A DNA stretch of 64,000 nucleotides from Blasia pusilla. Its lineage: Eukaryota. Location of the stretch: positions 29,884,001-29,948,000 of the forward strand of contig CM114271.1 of NCBI GenBank assembly GCA_050084515.1. The letters are read 5' to 3'. Both the position numbers and the translations under genes were made by a program. This document shows, piece after piece, positions 13,100 through 25,740 of the stretch (the first letter of the stretch is position 1; each line of letters starts with the position of its first letter). The notes below the pieces were generated by a model, which saw only the letters and a list, made by a program, of their open reading frames with translations, did no database searches and was not told where the DNA came from.

Positions 13100-15430
13100 T
13101 AAGGTGATAGGGCGAGTGCATGGAGAAGTAGAACCAAGAGAGACTTGTGGAATCATGACGTTGCGCAACGCAAGGAGCAAAACCTTCTACCCAGATGGGA
13201 ATTGCTACCTAATGGTGTCCCTAAGACAAAGATGCCTGGTTATGAACCATGGTTGAATGATTTCAAGGTATGGACCATCCGCTATCTCGACTTATCATGT
13301 GTCAAGATGAGTAGGCAAGACGCTATTAGTGTGGCTTCTGTTCGTAACCATATCGAGAGTGCGTACACATATGTTGACGCACCAGCATTGTGTTTGGACT
13401 TTCTAAAGAAGAAATATGCCCAACTCTTAAGAATATAATGGTCCACCATGAAAGCATATTGGGTGGCCAATGGGGATCATGTTGAAGTCCCATGCCACCC
13501 TCAAGCAAGCAGGATGTGTGGGGACATTTGGTAGATTACTGGCTTTTTGAAGAGGGTATGTTGAAGGCCCAAGAGATGGTGAGCGCAAGATCCAAGGTTG
13601 TCACTTTAAATCACACTGGAAAGGGAGGATTAGATGGGTTTTCTGTAAGTTATCCTTAGCTTTCTTATTTTCTATGTTCTCTGATTTATGCAAGTTGAGT
13701 TTGGAGTAATGTCTACTAAATATCAGAGGTTGATCTAACTTTCCTTTGTTTCTCTTATTCATATATAATGGGGTAGATGTGTATCAACCACACCAAGCTA
13801 TGTGGGTATCAATGATAGTGGCCCAAGAGCTTCACAAGGAAGTCTTGTAAGTTACTTGTTTGTTTTTGTGTAATCAAAGTTGTATGACACGTCTTCATTT
13901 TGCAATGGATCCAACCTTGTGGAAATCACTTTCCTTTTAGTGTTTACCCTCATTCTCATTGCTTTCATTGTGTGGAAAATCTTATGGAATAAGTACAACA
14001 ACATGCATTGAGGGTAAGGAACTTGAAGTGGAAACAGCAACAGCAAATGAGAGCCTTTTCACATGAGGTTCTCGAGTAAGTCAAGTCGATCCTATTAATT
14101 TGGTAAATGTAGGTGAATTGGGTTTTGTTACTTTTTGTTTCTGTTTCTTCTTGTAGTGTTATTGTATTATGATTCTTATGTGGTTAGAGAAAAGATGCAA
14201 AATAATTGGATCTGTTTTGTTTGTTTCCAACAGAGTGTGGAATCAAACATTACCACACGACTCTTGAAGGTGGAGAAGAAGTGGAGTGAAGATATGGGTG
14301 TAATCAAGGGCCAACTTGAAGAACAAATAGAAAAGAATCAACTACTCTTGGAAAATAAGATGTCCATTGACCAAACTTTAATTGAGCAGAAGTTGGAAAA
14401 GAACCAACAAGAACAGAAAGAAGCTTTTTGCATGCTTGTTGATATGATCAATAAACTCTCAAAGAATAAGAAGCCGAAAGCATCAACAAGTGGTCTTAAC
14501 CAATATTAGGAATGTAACAAATCCTTTCTTCATTTTTCTCTTGTATAATTTTCTATCATGTTATTAGAAATTTGGCACTCTACTCTTAAAGTTGTGATGG
14601 CAGGTCGCTCTCAGGTTTAGACAGAGCATGTGAAAGATCATGCTCATATTGCAGTAACTGAAAATTAAGGAGGTGGTAAGGGAGTCAGATAAGCATGTAC
14701 GTGTAGTTCAGGTTGATATGTGTGAAAAAATTCTCATACTACTTGTTAATCTCTTCCAACCATCATTGTAGATTGCAGCATGAAACATGGTACAACCTTC
14801 CTTGAATATGTTTTGCAACTATCATCTTGTACGTATTTCAATTCAGAAAAGTAGTTTGTAATGTAATGGATTTCCATTCTTGGTGCTACATGGCATTCTA
14901 ATGGAGCAAGATACCTCTCAGAAAAAGAAAAGACGTTTAACTAAAATGACGACCGACACCCTTCCAACTGCAAGTAGTGAACAAGAGACCGATGTGAAGT
15001 CTGGGAGCACCAAGAAGAATAATGGAAAAGTAAATAGCATTTGATATATATTCTGAACTCTTTGATCTTCCATGAACATCAAGTCCTCACTTGTAGGTAT
15101 GTGTAGTATTTTGATCTTGCATTATAAATGATCAATAATTGACTTTTTATGTCAGGTGGGATATGTAAAGTTTTCAAGATCTCTACCTTATGAGAGTTGG
15201 TCTTTTACCAAGGTAAAAAGTAGTTGGTATATACTTTTCAATATATGATCTATTTTCTTTTGTTCGCTAAGATGACTCGCTTGTCGGGGTTGTTTGCAGC
15301 TTCGGTTGGAAGATGAGATTCAACTCACCAAACCTAAGCTCAGCAGGACCACTTTGGGCTATGGTGTGGTCACATGCTTGAGTGGACATGAGAAATTCCA
15401 TGGGAGTGAAATCCCTCCTCGTTTGTGCTT
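13100..15430 (+). mobile_element. Probable degenerate second ORF of the CACTA element (TnpA/Transposase_24-like, spliced fragments)
   Basis: Exon-like fragments on the transposase strand: WLNDFKVWTIRYLDLS, PSSKQDVWGHLVDYW...AQEMVSARSKV (Ptta/TnpA-like W-x-x-L-V-x-Y-W pattern) and a coiled-coil segment at 14230-14509. The position downstream of TnpD is typical. Confidence 0.5.
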
Positions 15431-16189
15431 GCACTTTCTTTCTTCCACTTTCTATCTGATCTATTGGTTTTGTTCCTACTGTTGCAACTTCTCTTCCTTA
15501 TTGATGTTTCACAAGAAATTTTGAAGGGGATTAACCTTTTCAAAGGGCTGAACTATGAAAACAAAAGCATACTGATGCATTTTCCATATTCAATGTTATG
15601 TTAGCATTTTCTCAATGTTTCAGATTAGACTTATTCATGCTACGTGAGGGTGCAATCGCATAAGCCAACAAGTCAAGCAGTAAAGGCAAAGAGCCAAGGC
15701 CGAAGTTACCAAAGAGTTGTAGATAGGCAAGATGGGTGCGGACATATAGGGCGGCGTGGCAAAGGGGAGAAAGGTGTAAGGACTAAGAAGTCAAGTTGAC
15801 GAGGCCAATGAAGGCTTACGCAAGTCGTCGTATATTGGAGGAGGCCAAGAAGAGTAAAATGCAAAACCACCAACAAGGAGGAAGAAATAAAGTAAAGAGT
15901 TACAAGCGTTAGTAGGGCTTGACGGTCTTGGACAGAGGTTCAAGCGTAGGCGTAGGTTATCGACTATGTAGGTAAGAAGGAGCCAAAGAGACGTGGCAGA
16001 TAGAGGCAGTGCTAGGTGAGCCTATATTGACTAAGCCATGTCTGGATGCACAACGTATTGTGCCAAGTTTGGGGTCATTGGGGGGTCGTCCCACCCATAA
16101 GGACAACCCCCCAGTGACCTTGTACAATCGACGGGAGCAAGACATTCAGATTGGTTTAGGTGAAGGTAAGAGAAAGGTTGGAAAGTGGT

Positions 16190-16510
16190 GCATCTATTGA
16201 ACATAGTCAAGGAGGTATGACTATGCAGGCCACGTGAAGCATGGTTGCACAAAAACGGACATTGACAGACATGTCCATTGATATGGATTGCAAGAGGCGG
16301 AGCCCACACTTATAGCTCATGGTGTAAGTTTCGGCAAGGGTGGGCGAGGCCATAAGGGGGGAGAGAGTGGAGGTTGGAGGAGGAAGAAATGAGAAAGTGC
16401 AGATCAGAGAGGCAAGTGGGCAGGATAAGAAAGAAGTGGGAGGTGAGGCCCATATGGACAAGTCCTTCTATAGGATGGACGTAAGTCCATGGACATGGGC
16501 ATACATGATA
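16190..16510 (+). repeat. Dispersed repeat copy (family also at ~39.5-40.1 kb and ~49.2-50.6 kb)
   Basis: atatggattgcaagaggcggagcccacacttatagctcatg (16281) matches atatggattgcaagtggtgggacccacacttatagttcatg (50401). gacgtaagtccatggacatgg matches gacgtaagtccacgaacatgg. Confidence 0.75.
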
Positions 16511-16678
16511 CACCTTAAAAGATAATTTTTCAAAGCTCTCATAGATACATATAGATTGTCAAGGTCAAGTATCTCAATTATATCATGAAGAAGAGTTGAC
16601 AGTATCAACATCTTACCCAATTTACTGTCAACTCTTCTGCATGATATAGTGGAACAACATACAAAGATTGGAGTCAAT

Positions 16679-16681
<3 letters not shown>

Positions 16682-16712
<31 letters not shown>
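16682..16712. repeat. (AG)n microsatellite
   Basis: Direct read. Confidence 0.9.
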
Positions 16713-16716
<4 letters not shown>

Positions 16717-19451
16717 CTCGAATAAAAGGGGACCCCAAAGGGACATGAGACTAAGTTTTGCAAGTTGTATAGTAGTTGACAAGAAAGAAGAAAAGAGGCA
16801 TCACCAACAAGGAATTGGGAGGTCCTTTGTGCAAGGTAACACTCTTTAGGTTTCACAAATATGCAAGAAAGATGTTGATATCATGAAGAAGAGTTGATCT
16901 TGGTATGTTGTTCCACTTTATCTCCATCATGTAGTACCAATGTCAAGCTTTGATGTGTTACGACATTTGAATATTTCATACTCAAATTTCTCATCCATTC
17001 GAAATTTTTATCTTGGATTTCTCATCTTCTCTCTTTTATACTCTAAGTAAGGTTTCTACTTTTATTTAACCAATTCATCGCACATGCATAGTATATCAAT
17101 AGATAGTGTTTGCGTATTGTTGCAGTATATTGTTAATTGGTAAAAACATCATCAAACTTTAAAAAACACATAGACCTTCAATTTTTTTAAATACTTTTAC
17201 ATGAAAACTAATTCTACCTTAATGATACGTGAGAGAAGGTATTCTGAAAGTTAAAGATCAAGAAATCAAAACATAAAACCTATACTTTCCACACTTGTGT
17301 ATTAGAGAAGAATGATCATGGTTACCTTAGATTTTCCAGATTGTGGATGAGGGTTCCTTTCTCTTATGGTATGAAAAGATTCCCCTCTAAACGAGGCCAA
17401 GGAATTTATTTCAACTTTCTCCTTCTTGGTTCTCTTCCTTGAGCCTAAACGTTTTAATCTTCTTTAATGGACGCCCATTTTGAGGTATCTTCTAAAGATA
17501 TTATGTGCGACCCGGTATTCCCATGAAGATTAAGGAACCTATTCGATTCTACTCCAAAAAGGAAACTAGCTCATGGGTATATGCTTGCCCCTTCATTTTG
17601 GCTTCCCATATTGCACCACATAAATTCTCTTTGATGATGTGGTTTTTATTTGACCCTTCTCCTAATTGTTTACGGTTGGCTCGTCAACATGTTATGAGTG
17701 CCATATACTGCCATATACAGCTTGGTACATTTGGCGTGATATCTAGTAGCAGGTAGGAGCATAGCCACTTACAGATGCTAGTTGGTGTTATTTAAATTTT
17801 ATTGCTAAGAACCTCTTTTATCATTTCCCACGGCCGAGTGGCACATTGATTTCATGCATTCTTTCTTTCACTCTCGATGAGTTTCTTTCCTGTCATGTGG
17901 AATATTTCTTCTTTCTCTTTTCCATACCAAAGATACCTACCTAATGTAGAAAGAAAGAGTTTAAAGTCCACTCTCATCTGTTTTGGCCCTTTTGGCAACG
18001 AATGAGTAGGTCTCATGACTCGGTCGCTTGTTATCACGGATTACTGACACACGCTTCACTACCGTTCACCTACCTACGACAACGCGACCCTCAGTCGCGA
18101 CCGGACTACGTATCTCGTCAGCCGTGATGGACTCTCCCATCATTCGGTCCTCCCAGGCCCACAGCGATCACTTTTTGGGATCTGCGACGGTAGAGATCAG
18201 CGGTCCAGCCGCGAAGGTCCAGGGAACTCGTAGAGAGAAACGTGAATAATCGCTGTGCATATATGTATCATGCCATCTGTCTGCATTGGCGAGCACAAGC
18301 AGCCGCGGTTTATTGATTCAACTTAGCATCAAACTCAGTTCCTCCACCCCTGACAGATGACCGAAACCACAGTACTTCTCGTGAAGCTTCTACATTGTAC
18401 CATCTGACACGTTATCAGTTGGTACTGGATTAATCTTATGGACTTGTTGCCGGGTGCTGTCAACGGTGCAACCAGAGGAACTTCCCGGCGACAGTGCTGA
18501 TTTGTAAGTACCGCGCACGTGTCCAGGAAATTTTCTGTACTCCGTCGGCTGCAGTCGACTCTTGCAATCTTATTCCTAGCCTGCAGAATCTCGCCGTCAT
18601 CAATCGGATGACTTTTCCACGTTACGACCCTTTCCGTGGAACATTTCTTCGTTTGAAAATCTCAACGTCACGAGGTTGATGACTTCTTGACGACGGACGT
18701 TTGACCACAGAAAGGGGAATCTTAGGAGCTGACCCATGATCTTCCACAACTGCAACGTGAACCCAAGTCCACGTTAAGCCGGGATTCAGGAAGACGAAGG
18801 CTTACGTGCCGCACTACCCGTGAAAGATAAACATGATACGAGATCACCATGATTCTATGCGATAGTTATACATGAACGGAGGGATATGAGTCTCTATGGA
18901 AGTAGGCCTAGGCGTATTATTTCAAATGTGATTCCTTTCACATTTCCGCAACTTCCAAACAATTGGTAGACGAATCAGATAATTGCGAGCTGGGTGTAAC
19001 ACCAACCATAAAGAATTGTACTCTACACGTAAAGAACTCCCTTGAACGATCCTGAGATCAAGATCATATCCCCATCGCTACAAAGAGACCCTTAATTTCT
19101 AGATATACGCTTGATTCGAATCAAGGCCACTCCTTTTTCACGATTCCTTCTCTTTGGCTCGCAAATCTACTATCCTACTGACTTCGACCTGTTATGGAAT
19201 CTATGCATTCGGGCGAGTCATCCAGCATACCGAAACGGCCCTGCGTGTTGATGTGATGATAGAAAGACCTAACTAAAAAATTGTCCCGGGTCCCTTCACA
19301 ATGAGTGAGCAAGGGCCACGTAAGGATTAATATACTGTACAAGGGGTGATTGATAAATAGATTACATTGTCGCCTCTACACTTATGCTGGTCCAGAAATG
19401 TTTTTGTCGTTGTTTACGCTCTTCAAATCGCATCGCTCTCGCGTACCCATG

Positions 19452-22400
19452 CTAGAAGTTCTCCTTGTGGAACTCGAACTTGGTATTCGTTTTGTGTGTG
19501 TACCTTTTGGCCAAATGATCCAGCTCCTTCGCGAGAACAGATGGCCCGCAATAGAATACACCCACTCGCTTACCTTTGTGGGTTGCAGCCAGTTTTGAGA
19601 ACACCTTCTTCCAGTTCGGTCGAGCGAAATGTGTCCGAGCCTACATTGTTCACAAGCGCAACTCTACTCAGTTGGACTGAACTAGGGAATGTCACGAATA
19701 TTCACAAAAGCCAACCTACCATCATATAAATCTCTACGATGAGTGAGGGCTCACCCTAGTGCCGGACACGAAGTCTACTCCGTTTTTGGCGTGGTGAAGT
19801 GCTTGAACCATCATGATGAGAGCAGAGCGAGCATCTCCTTCCTCATACACGCTAGTCAAATAGTTATGCATCTCGATGACTTGCTGCACAAAACAAAAAC
19901 CAGCCAAATCCCGTTTATGGGCTGAGCTGAGCTGCTGCATTTTAAACTTTTGCCAAGTCCCCAGCTAGGCCTCATTACGGCAGTGAATGACAGAAAGAAA
20001 AGTGTTGTGGGGTGCGGCGCTGACCTTGTGGTCGATCTCTTCTACTTCTTTCATCACTCCTCGGAACCAGTCAAATGACCCTTGTTCCCGGGTTACCCAG
20101 TAGAAATACGCATTGGTGGTGCCGTGTTTTCGAAGCTTCCTCCCTGGACTAGCGGAAGGGTTGGAACCACCGTGCGAAGAACTATTGTGCAGGGGAGACA
20201 CCGATTCTGCAATGGATGTGGCAAAACTACCTCCCACAGAACTCCCACCTACGGAACCGGATCCCATAGACACATCCGAAGCTATGCTCTGCAGGGACTG
20301 GTGAACAGAGTCCTGAAAGTACAGACACGGTCATCTGTTAGGACTTTTCCCATGGCGTGCAGCTCACAGAAATTCCTCAGGAGGAAGAGTAGAGAATGCA
20401 CCTCTCTCTATTCACTAGAACACGTCTATTTTGGTGAAAGGATGCTTACATCTTTTATGTGATTCAGCATATCCTTAAGGATACTAATAAATGGTGTTGC
20501 TCCAATCCCCAGCCCAACGAGCAGCAGAACGTCATAGTTTCTATAGTCTTGAGCAGGTGCACCATAAGGACCATCGATGCACACCTTTGGAAAGCTGTCA
20601 GAAAAGAATGAGCTTGCTTGGTTAAGGCCAAATTCTCAAGATAAGAGGTATTGCGCAATGTTCATATCCCCTGCTACGATAACCGTCCAAATTTGAGATT
20701 AGGGGTTGCCTTGCAGAGAACATAAACGAAATTGACACTCTTCAAACTCTCACCTGACATTTTGTACCAGCTCTCCACTCAGACCCCAGTTGTTAACCAG
20801 CTGCAGTCTCTTCTTACCACCAGATGCCTGTACGGGAAAACCAAAATCAATCAACTGAAAACAGCATAATCTTAAGAGGAGTATTGAACAAGGGTAGTCA
20901 CAAGGATATAATCCAGATTAAGCAGTGCATGGATCACTCACATCTTGGAAAAGCTCACGCAATGCCTTGGTCCAATCTCCCAAAGTTCGGATGTGCACAC
21001 TCAAATACGCATCTCCTGGGGCAGAGGTAATTGAGAAAGGATGCCTGAAACAAAAATTTGCCAATTGGTTAAGTTTTCAAACGATGCAGACCTGACTTTA
21101 TCCACTTGCAGACACAATGAAGATAACCATAGTACTGCTATAGTGACAGTTAAGACTAGGGCTTACCATTCAAAAGGAGATATCTCTGGACACTTGAGGA
21201 ACATGTACATTCCACTTTTGTACTTGAAGTTAGGTGGCTTGGCGAAATGGAGAGACAGCACATCTCCAGGGTAGATCGCAGCCTGAATTGACAAAACCCA
21301 ACTAAATCACTTTCCAGGGTGACGCATGCATCTTAGCGTCTTCGCATCCAGAGCAGAGAGCAGTTCAATGATGAAAAGTAAGTTAGTAGACTCAGAAGAT
21401 TACCTTCACCACTGTGACCTTATATTGCCCAGCCCGGATTGATCGCAGAGTGCGCTCACCACAGTAGAGCGTGAGAGGAACTGCCAAGTACATCCAGGTC
21501 TACACAAACAAAAAAACGTTTTAAATTAAACAGCCAGCCAGTCAGTAACCCCGTAAGAAAAACAGAGAACTGTATGCATGTGTACAGGCCATATCCTTGA
21601 GATCCCAGAGACCAGGAAACTAACCGTCTTCTTTGTCCATCCATGGCTGAGGATGAGAAAGGTTCCGTGGATAATGAGGAGAATGTACACCAATGCGAAC
21701 AAGTGGTGAGAGTACCAAAAAGCATTGAACCCTGTCATTCTATGGAAAGGCCATGGCATCTTAATGAGACTTCTCCTGAACCATTTAGTGGCGAGGGTCA
21801 TGGAAAAGGCCATCAGGATAACCATCACTATCCCCGTTACACCCTCAACAGACGTCAAGAACCAGGCGTAGTCAGGCTGACTGTGATGGAAATCGCTTCC
21901 CACACTCCGTTCGAACAAGGCCTGATTGGCAGTGACGATCCGCGGGAAGTCGCAGGCTAAATGGACACCACTATGCACTACGACTCCGATTGCAATTGCA
22001 CCTGCGATAACCTGCGCTAACATAGTGACGGTCAGATGTCTAATCCTTACAGATAGCTGGGAAAGAGAGCTCAACGTAATGAGAAAACTGTCCGCGAGGA
22101 TGGTTCAAAAGCTGTATACAAGTTCCGCGAAAGCACTTGCCTTGTGAAAATTCAGATTATCGTCGAAGGGAACGAACCCCCCCAGCCCCGTGGAACGCAG
22201 CCAGGTGATCGTATTTCGACAGACGGGAAGTAAAATTATAGCCATGTTGAATTTCAAGGTCTCAGCTGCCCCCTTCGCTACGGGAAGGCAGTATCCCATG
22301 ACCTCAAAGGCCGCCCTTTTCTCGTACTGCTTGAATTTCCATGCAAATAACCCTGCCATGACTCCGAGCCACATAATAATCACCCAAATGCGCCGCCAGT

Positions 22401-24406
22401 TGTCGCTGAAGAAATATTTCGTACCTCCAGTCATGACCTGGAACCGAGTTTTCTTCCGTTGGGGAGCCAGACTCTGGCTGTACTGCAAGTAGGCATCCCG
22501 GCTAAAACCACCCACCGGCCCTCGCATCAAAGCCTCCAGTTGCCAGAGCTGCACAAGAGTAGGAAAAGCGCCACGTCAACCAACAATAGAGAAGTGATCC
22601 CCGCAATAGAGGGAACATCAAACTTTCAAGAGGAAATGTATAATCGATCGATGCTACTCTACAGCAACGATAACCAACGAAGATCCAATTCCCACTGTTC
22701 ACCTCAATGTAACCGTTATTTTCCTGATCGAGCTCTTCCATGATCAGAGCCGCATACTCCTCAGCTTGCTCCTTGAGTTTTGAAAGCCTATTCGCCGAAG
22801 CGCTGAGCATGATCACCTGCAGGGTGCACCCAAGAGGATCAACCCATGCCATAGATGTAAAATCAAGCGGGATGGCAATAAATGTGTGTTGCTCTGCACT
22901 ACTGAGCTGAAGCTTGCTCCAGCAACATTACAAACTCCTCACCTCCTTCACCTCGGCTCCAGAGATGCGCCCATCAGCATTTTTGTCACACCTGCACCGT
23001 TCGCCTTTCTTACATCAGCCACACAGAAATAGAAGAATTGGCTCAGAAGCCACGAGCGCAGAACTTCCAATCGACGGGAATTGCTGGCCTAGATTAAGGT
23101 AGAAGGGATTATGAGAGGCACGAATTGGACTCACAGATCAAAAAAAATCTGCATACGGGAATCAAATCCCGGATCAGAAATCTGTACCCAATACTCGTAA
23201 AGATCATCTTCCGTAATGGCTTCCACCTTCTTGCCCTTTCGACGAGTGAGAGTCTCGAAAAGCTCCCCTGCGAACTCTTTCGATTCTTTCATTTCTGTTT
23301 CAAAACGTTGGCATGAGTCAGATAAAGGGTATGAGGACTGAAATGGTCGGCTTTTTAAACCCTAACTAACCTCAAAATAGACGAGCTCCTTCGTATGATG
23401 GATATCCCTCCCAAGAGATCGGAGAAACACCACAACTTTACTTAGTGCACCTTTATCCACGCTGCAACACTGCGTTACGCTCTGGGTGCCGATGAACCTG
23501 AGCGGACTGATGAGTCACAGAGCACACGCGTCTTAGCTCGAGAGAATACGTACCGATGCAGTTCGCAAATTGAGACTTGGGAAGCAGTCCATCGCTATTC
23601 TTCAGCTTATGGAAACGAGCCTTGACGGCCTCCCACTGACTCTGATGGTCGGATGTGCCAGTGGCTCTATTGATGAATCGCAGGCCTTGCAAAGCGTGCT
23701 CTGCCGAAGATGCGGACCGCGCCAATTTAGCTCGGTCGAGACCCGGGGGCTTGTTAATGGAAGGCTCGGTGTTCGTGGAAGAGTCCGAAACCAGCGGATC
23801 GAAATCCGGAGAAAAACGGACGGACAGCACCTTCGATCCAGTCCTTGACAGGCGCTTCAGCTCCTGAGACATCTGCTGAACTCTCCTGGAAGCAGATTGC
23901 TTCAGTGTCATAGAATGCCGCATGCTTGGCTTCCTTTCAAGAGAGTCAACCAGCATGGTAGCCTCCATGGGTGTGATCACATGTCCAGGATTTCCTACCG
24001 CTGGATTGACACTGCGCAAAGTTACTCCGTCGACTCCGACATCCAACATTACTTCTACCATGTGGTCGGCTTGATCGTTCTGATCTCCCAGAAGGCACCG
24101 ATTTTGCTGATCTTGCCTCGCTGTTCTCGCTGTATCGCTCCACGGCTTCGATCCGTGGGGGGAAGCATTGTTGGGATCCACCGTTAAAACGTGTTGTCCA
24201 TCTCCTTGCACCGTATTCAACTCTCCGGAGAATCGCGTCGTCTTCACCGGGGCTCTTGGGACCTTCTGCTGACCATCTGCGATATCCCCTGAGCTGTTAA
24301 GCTCGCCTGAAAACGCTGTTCTGCCTTTCAATGCCGGCTTCATGGCTTTGGGCACGTCCACGGAACCGCTCCTTGGCAATTCCACTGGGTGTCCAGCTTG
24401 GCTCAT
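19452..24406 (-). CDS. RBOH: Respiratory burst oxidase homolog (plant NADPH oxidase), 14 coding exons, 1036 aa
   Basis: Exons (minus): 24406-23554, 23294-23135, 22991-22943, 22816-22703, 22548-22141, 22011-21625, 21499-21404, 21282-21167, 21044-20942, 20827-20754, 20594-20450, 20312-20025, 19883-19755, 19640-19452. These total 3111 nt, splice phases are consistent, and all introns are GT-AG except intron 5 (GC-AG). Motifs: [10 protein letters not shown]-hand [26 protein letters not shown], heme His pairs (NFHK...VVHSGVH; YSHH...IIHG), FAD-binding [43 protein letters not shown]-terminal FEFHKENF*. The start ATG is the first ATG of ORF 23453..24514. Confidence 0.97.
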
Positions 24407-25740
24407 GCTATCGTTTTGCCACGATGAGATGAGGAACAAATCCCTCAACGCGAACTCAAATCGCCTAATCCTACGAGTAAACAAAGGCTGCAAGACGGGT
24501 ATGATATGCAGCAAAGAATGGAATCACAAGCTGCTTTGCTTTGTCCTTAGATTTCTACTAGCCTACGAACTCACTGATCCAACTAACTACGGCCAAATAT
24601 CAGGCCTTCCGCTCCCAATGTTCTCATATGCTTCTCTCGACCATCTAAGCGACAAGGAGGACTAGTCATATCAGATATTACAAGCATGAGCATGCGGACC
24701 GGTTTCCCGAGAGACAGAAAAACGAAGAAAGCAGGTAGAGCAGGTATTCCACGAAACCTGCAGCAATGAACCCAATTAGTTCTGGTCACACTTTATCTCT
24801 GCTGCTTCCGCTGTTGTGCGGCTTGACAGCAGACACTTCTCCAATGCCCCTAACCCCACCCTTCCCGTAGAGGTGGTGAGATGGAGAAGGAAGGCCTAAT
24901 GAATCACTCCTTGAGCTCCGTCAGAACGCGAATGCCGGCCCACGCCAATGATGGACGTGGTGTTCAGTGCCAATCCACCACGAAGCGGCTCTCTGTCAAA
25001 GCCGACGAGGTTAAAGTCAGCACTCACCAGTACGACGAAAGCTCGAACTCAAAAGCCACATATGACCGGTGAAATTATACATAATATAATACACAAAACG
25101 ACAGCTCTATACTCCTGAGAATAACCGGTCAGGTTAAGCAGCTATCCTGCTCCCTTTCCCAATTTTCCTCCCTGGTCACGAACGAACGGACGAATCAGTC
25201 AGCTCGTCACCGCCGTACCCTGAACCCACCCTCGTCCTCCCGCTCTCAGCCCATAAAATACGCACTACGCTGACAAGGCGTACCCGGTGTTCTGCTCAGA
25301 TCCTCTCAGCACCCCGCTTCCGCCGTGTTGACTCTCCACCTCAGCTCTCACAGCTGAGATCCGCTGTTCGCTGATGAGGGATGGTCCTCGCAGTGAGCGC
25401 ATTTCGGGTCATTTACCCCCACCCAGCACATACATACCTGCTTTCCTGTACGTGAAACTCATGGATCTTGACCATCAGTCCGTCCGAATACTTCCCTCCT
25501 CCTTATCCCGCGGTCCGAAACTCCGGTCTCCCGAGTCCTGACGTGCGGCGATGTGAACCAAATCGAGATCGCTGTAATGCCGTGGACCTTGTGTGTTCCC
25601 TTCTGTGTGCTTGATGAAGCGGCGATTTTAGTGCCATCCCTAGCGGCGGACCCTGGTGCTTCCTTCACTCCTTTAGCCCAGTTTCTTTCCCCTAGTCATG
25701 TCTGCCGCATCATCCGCTTACCGCGTTCAGCGACGTCACG
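24407..25740 (-). promoter_or_regulatory. Putative RBOH 5' UTR and promoter with a predicted 5' UTR intron (25437..24488)
   Basis: Strong donor CAG|GTATGT at 25438/25437 and acceptor tcttgcag| at 24488. The region is CpG-rich, with CGCGTT at 25722, TGACGTC (minus) at 25732-25738, and TTGACY near 25328 and 25468. There is no transcript evidence. Confidence 0.45.

Noticed and set aside
19568-19577. Strong donor-like AAAG|GTAAGC inside the last RBOH exon
   Set aside because: Read-through gives the canonical [13 protein letters not shown]...HKENF* terminus, so no intron is needed.
24407-24514. N-terminal extension of RBOH suggested by ORF 23453..24514
   Set aside because: It starts at a non-ATG codon inside the predicted UTR intron, and the spliced in-frame upstream sequence contains TGA. 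The first ATG is at 24406.
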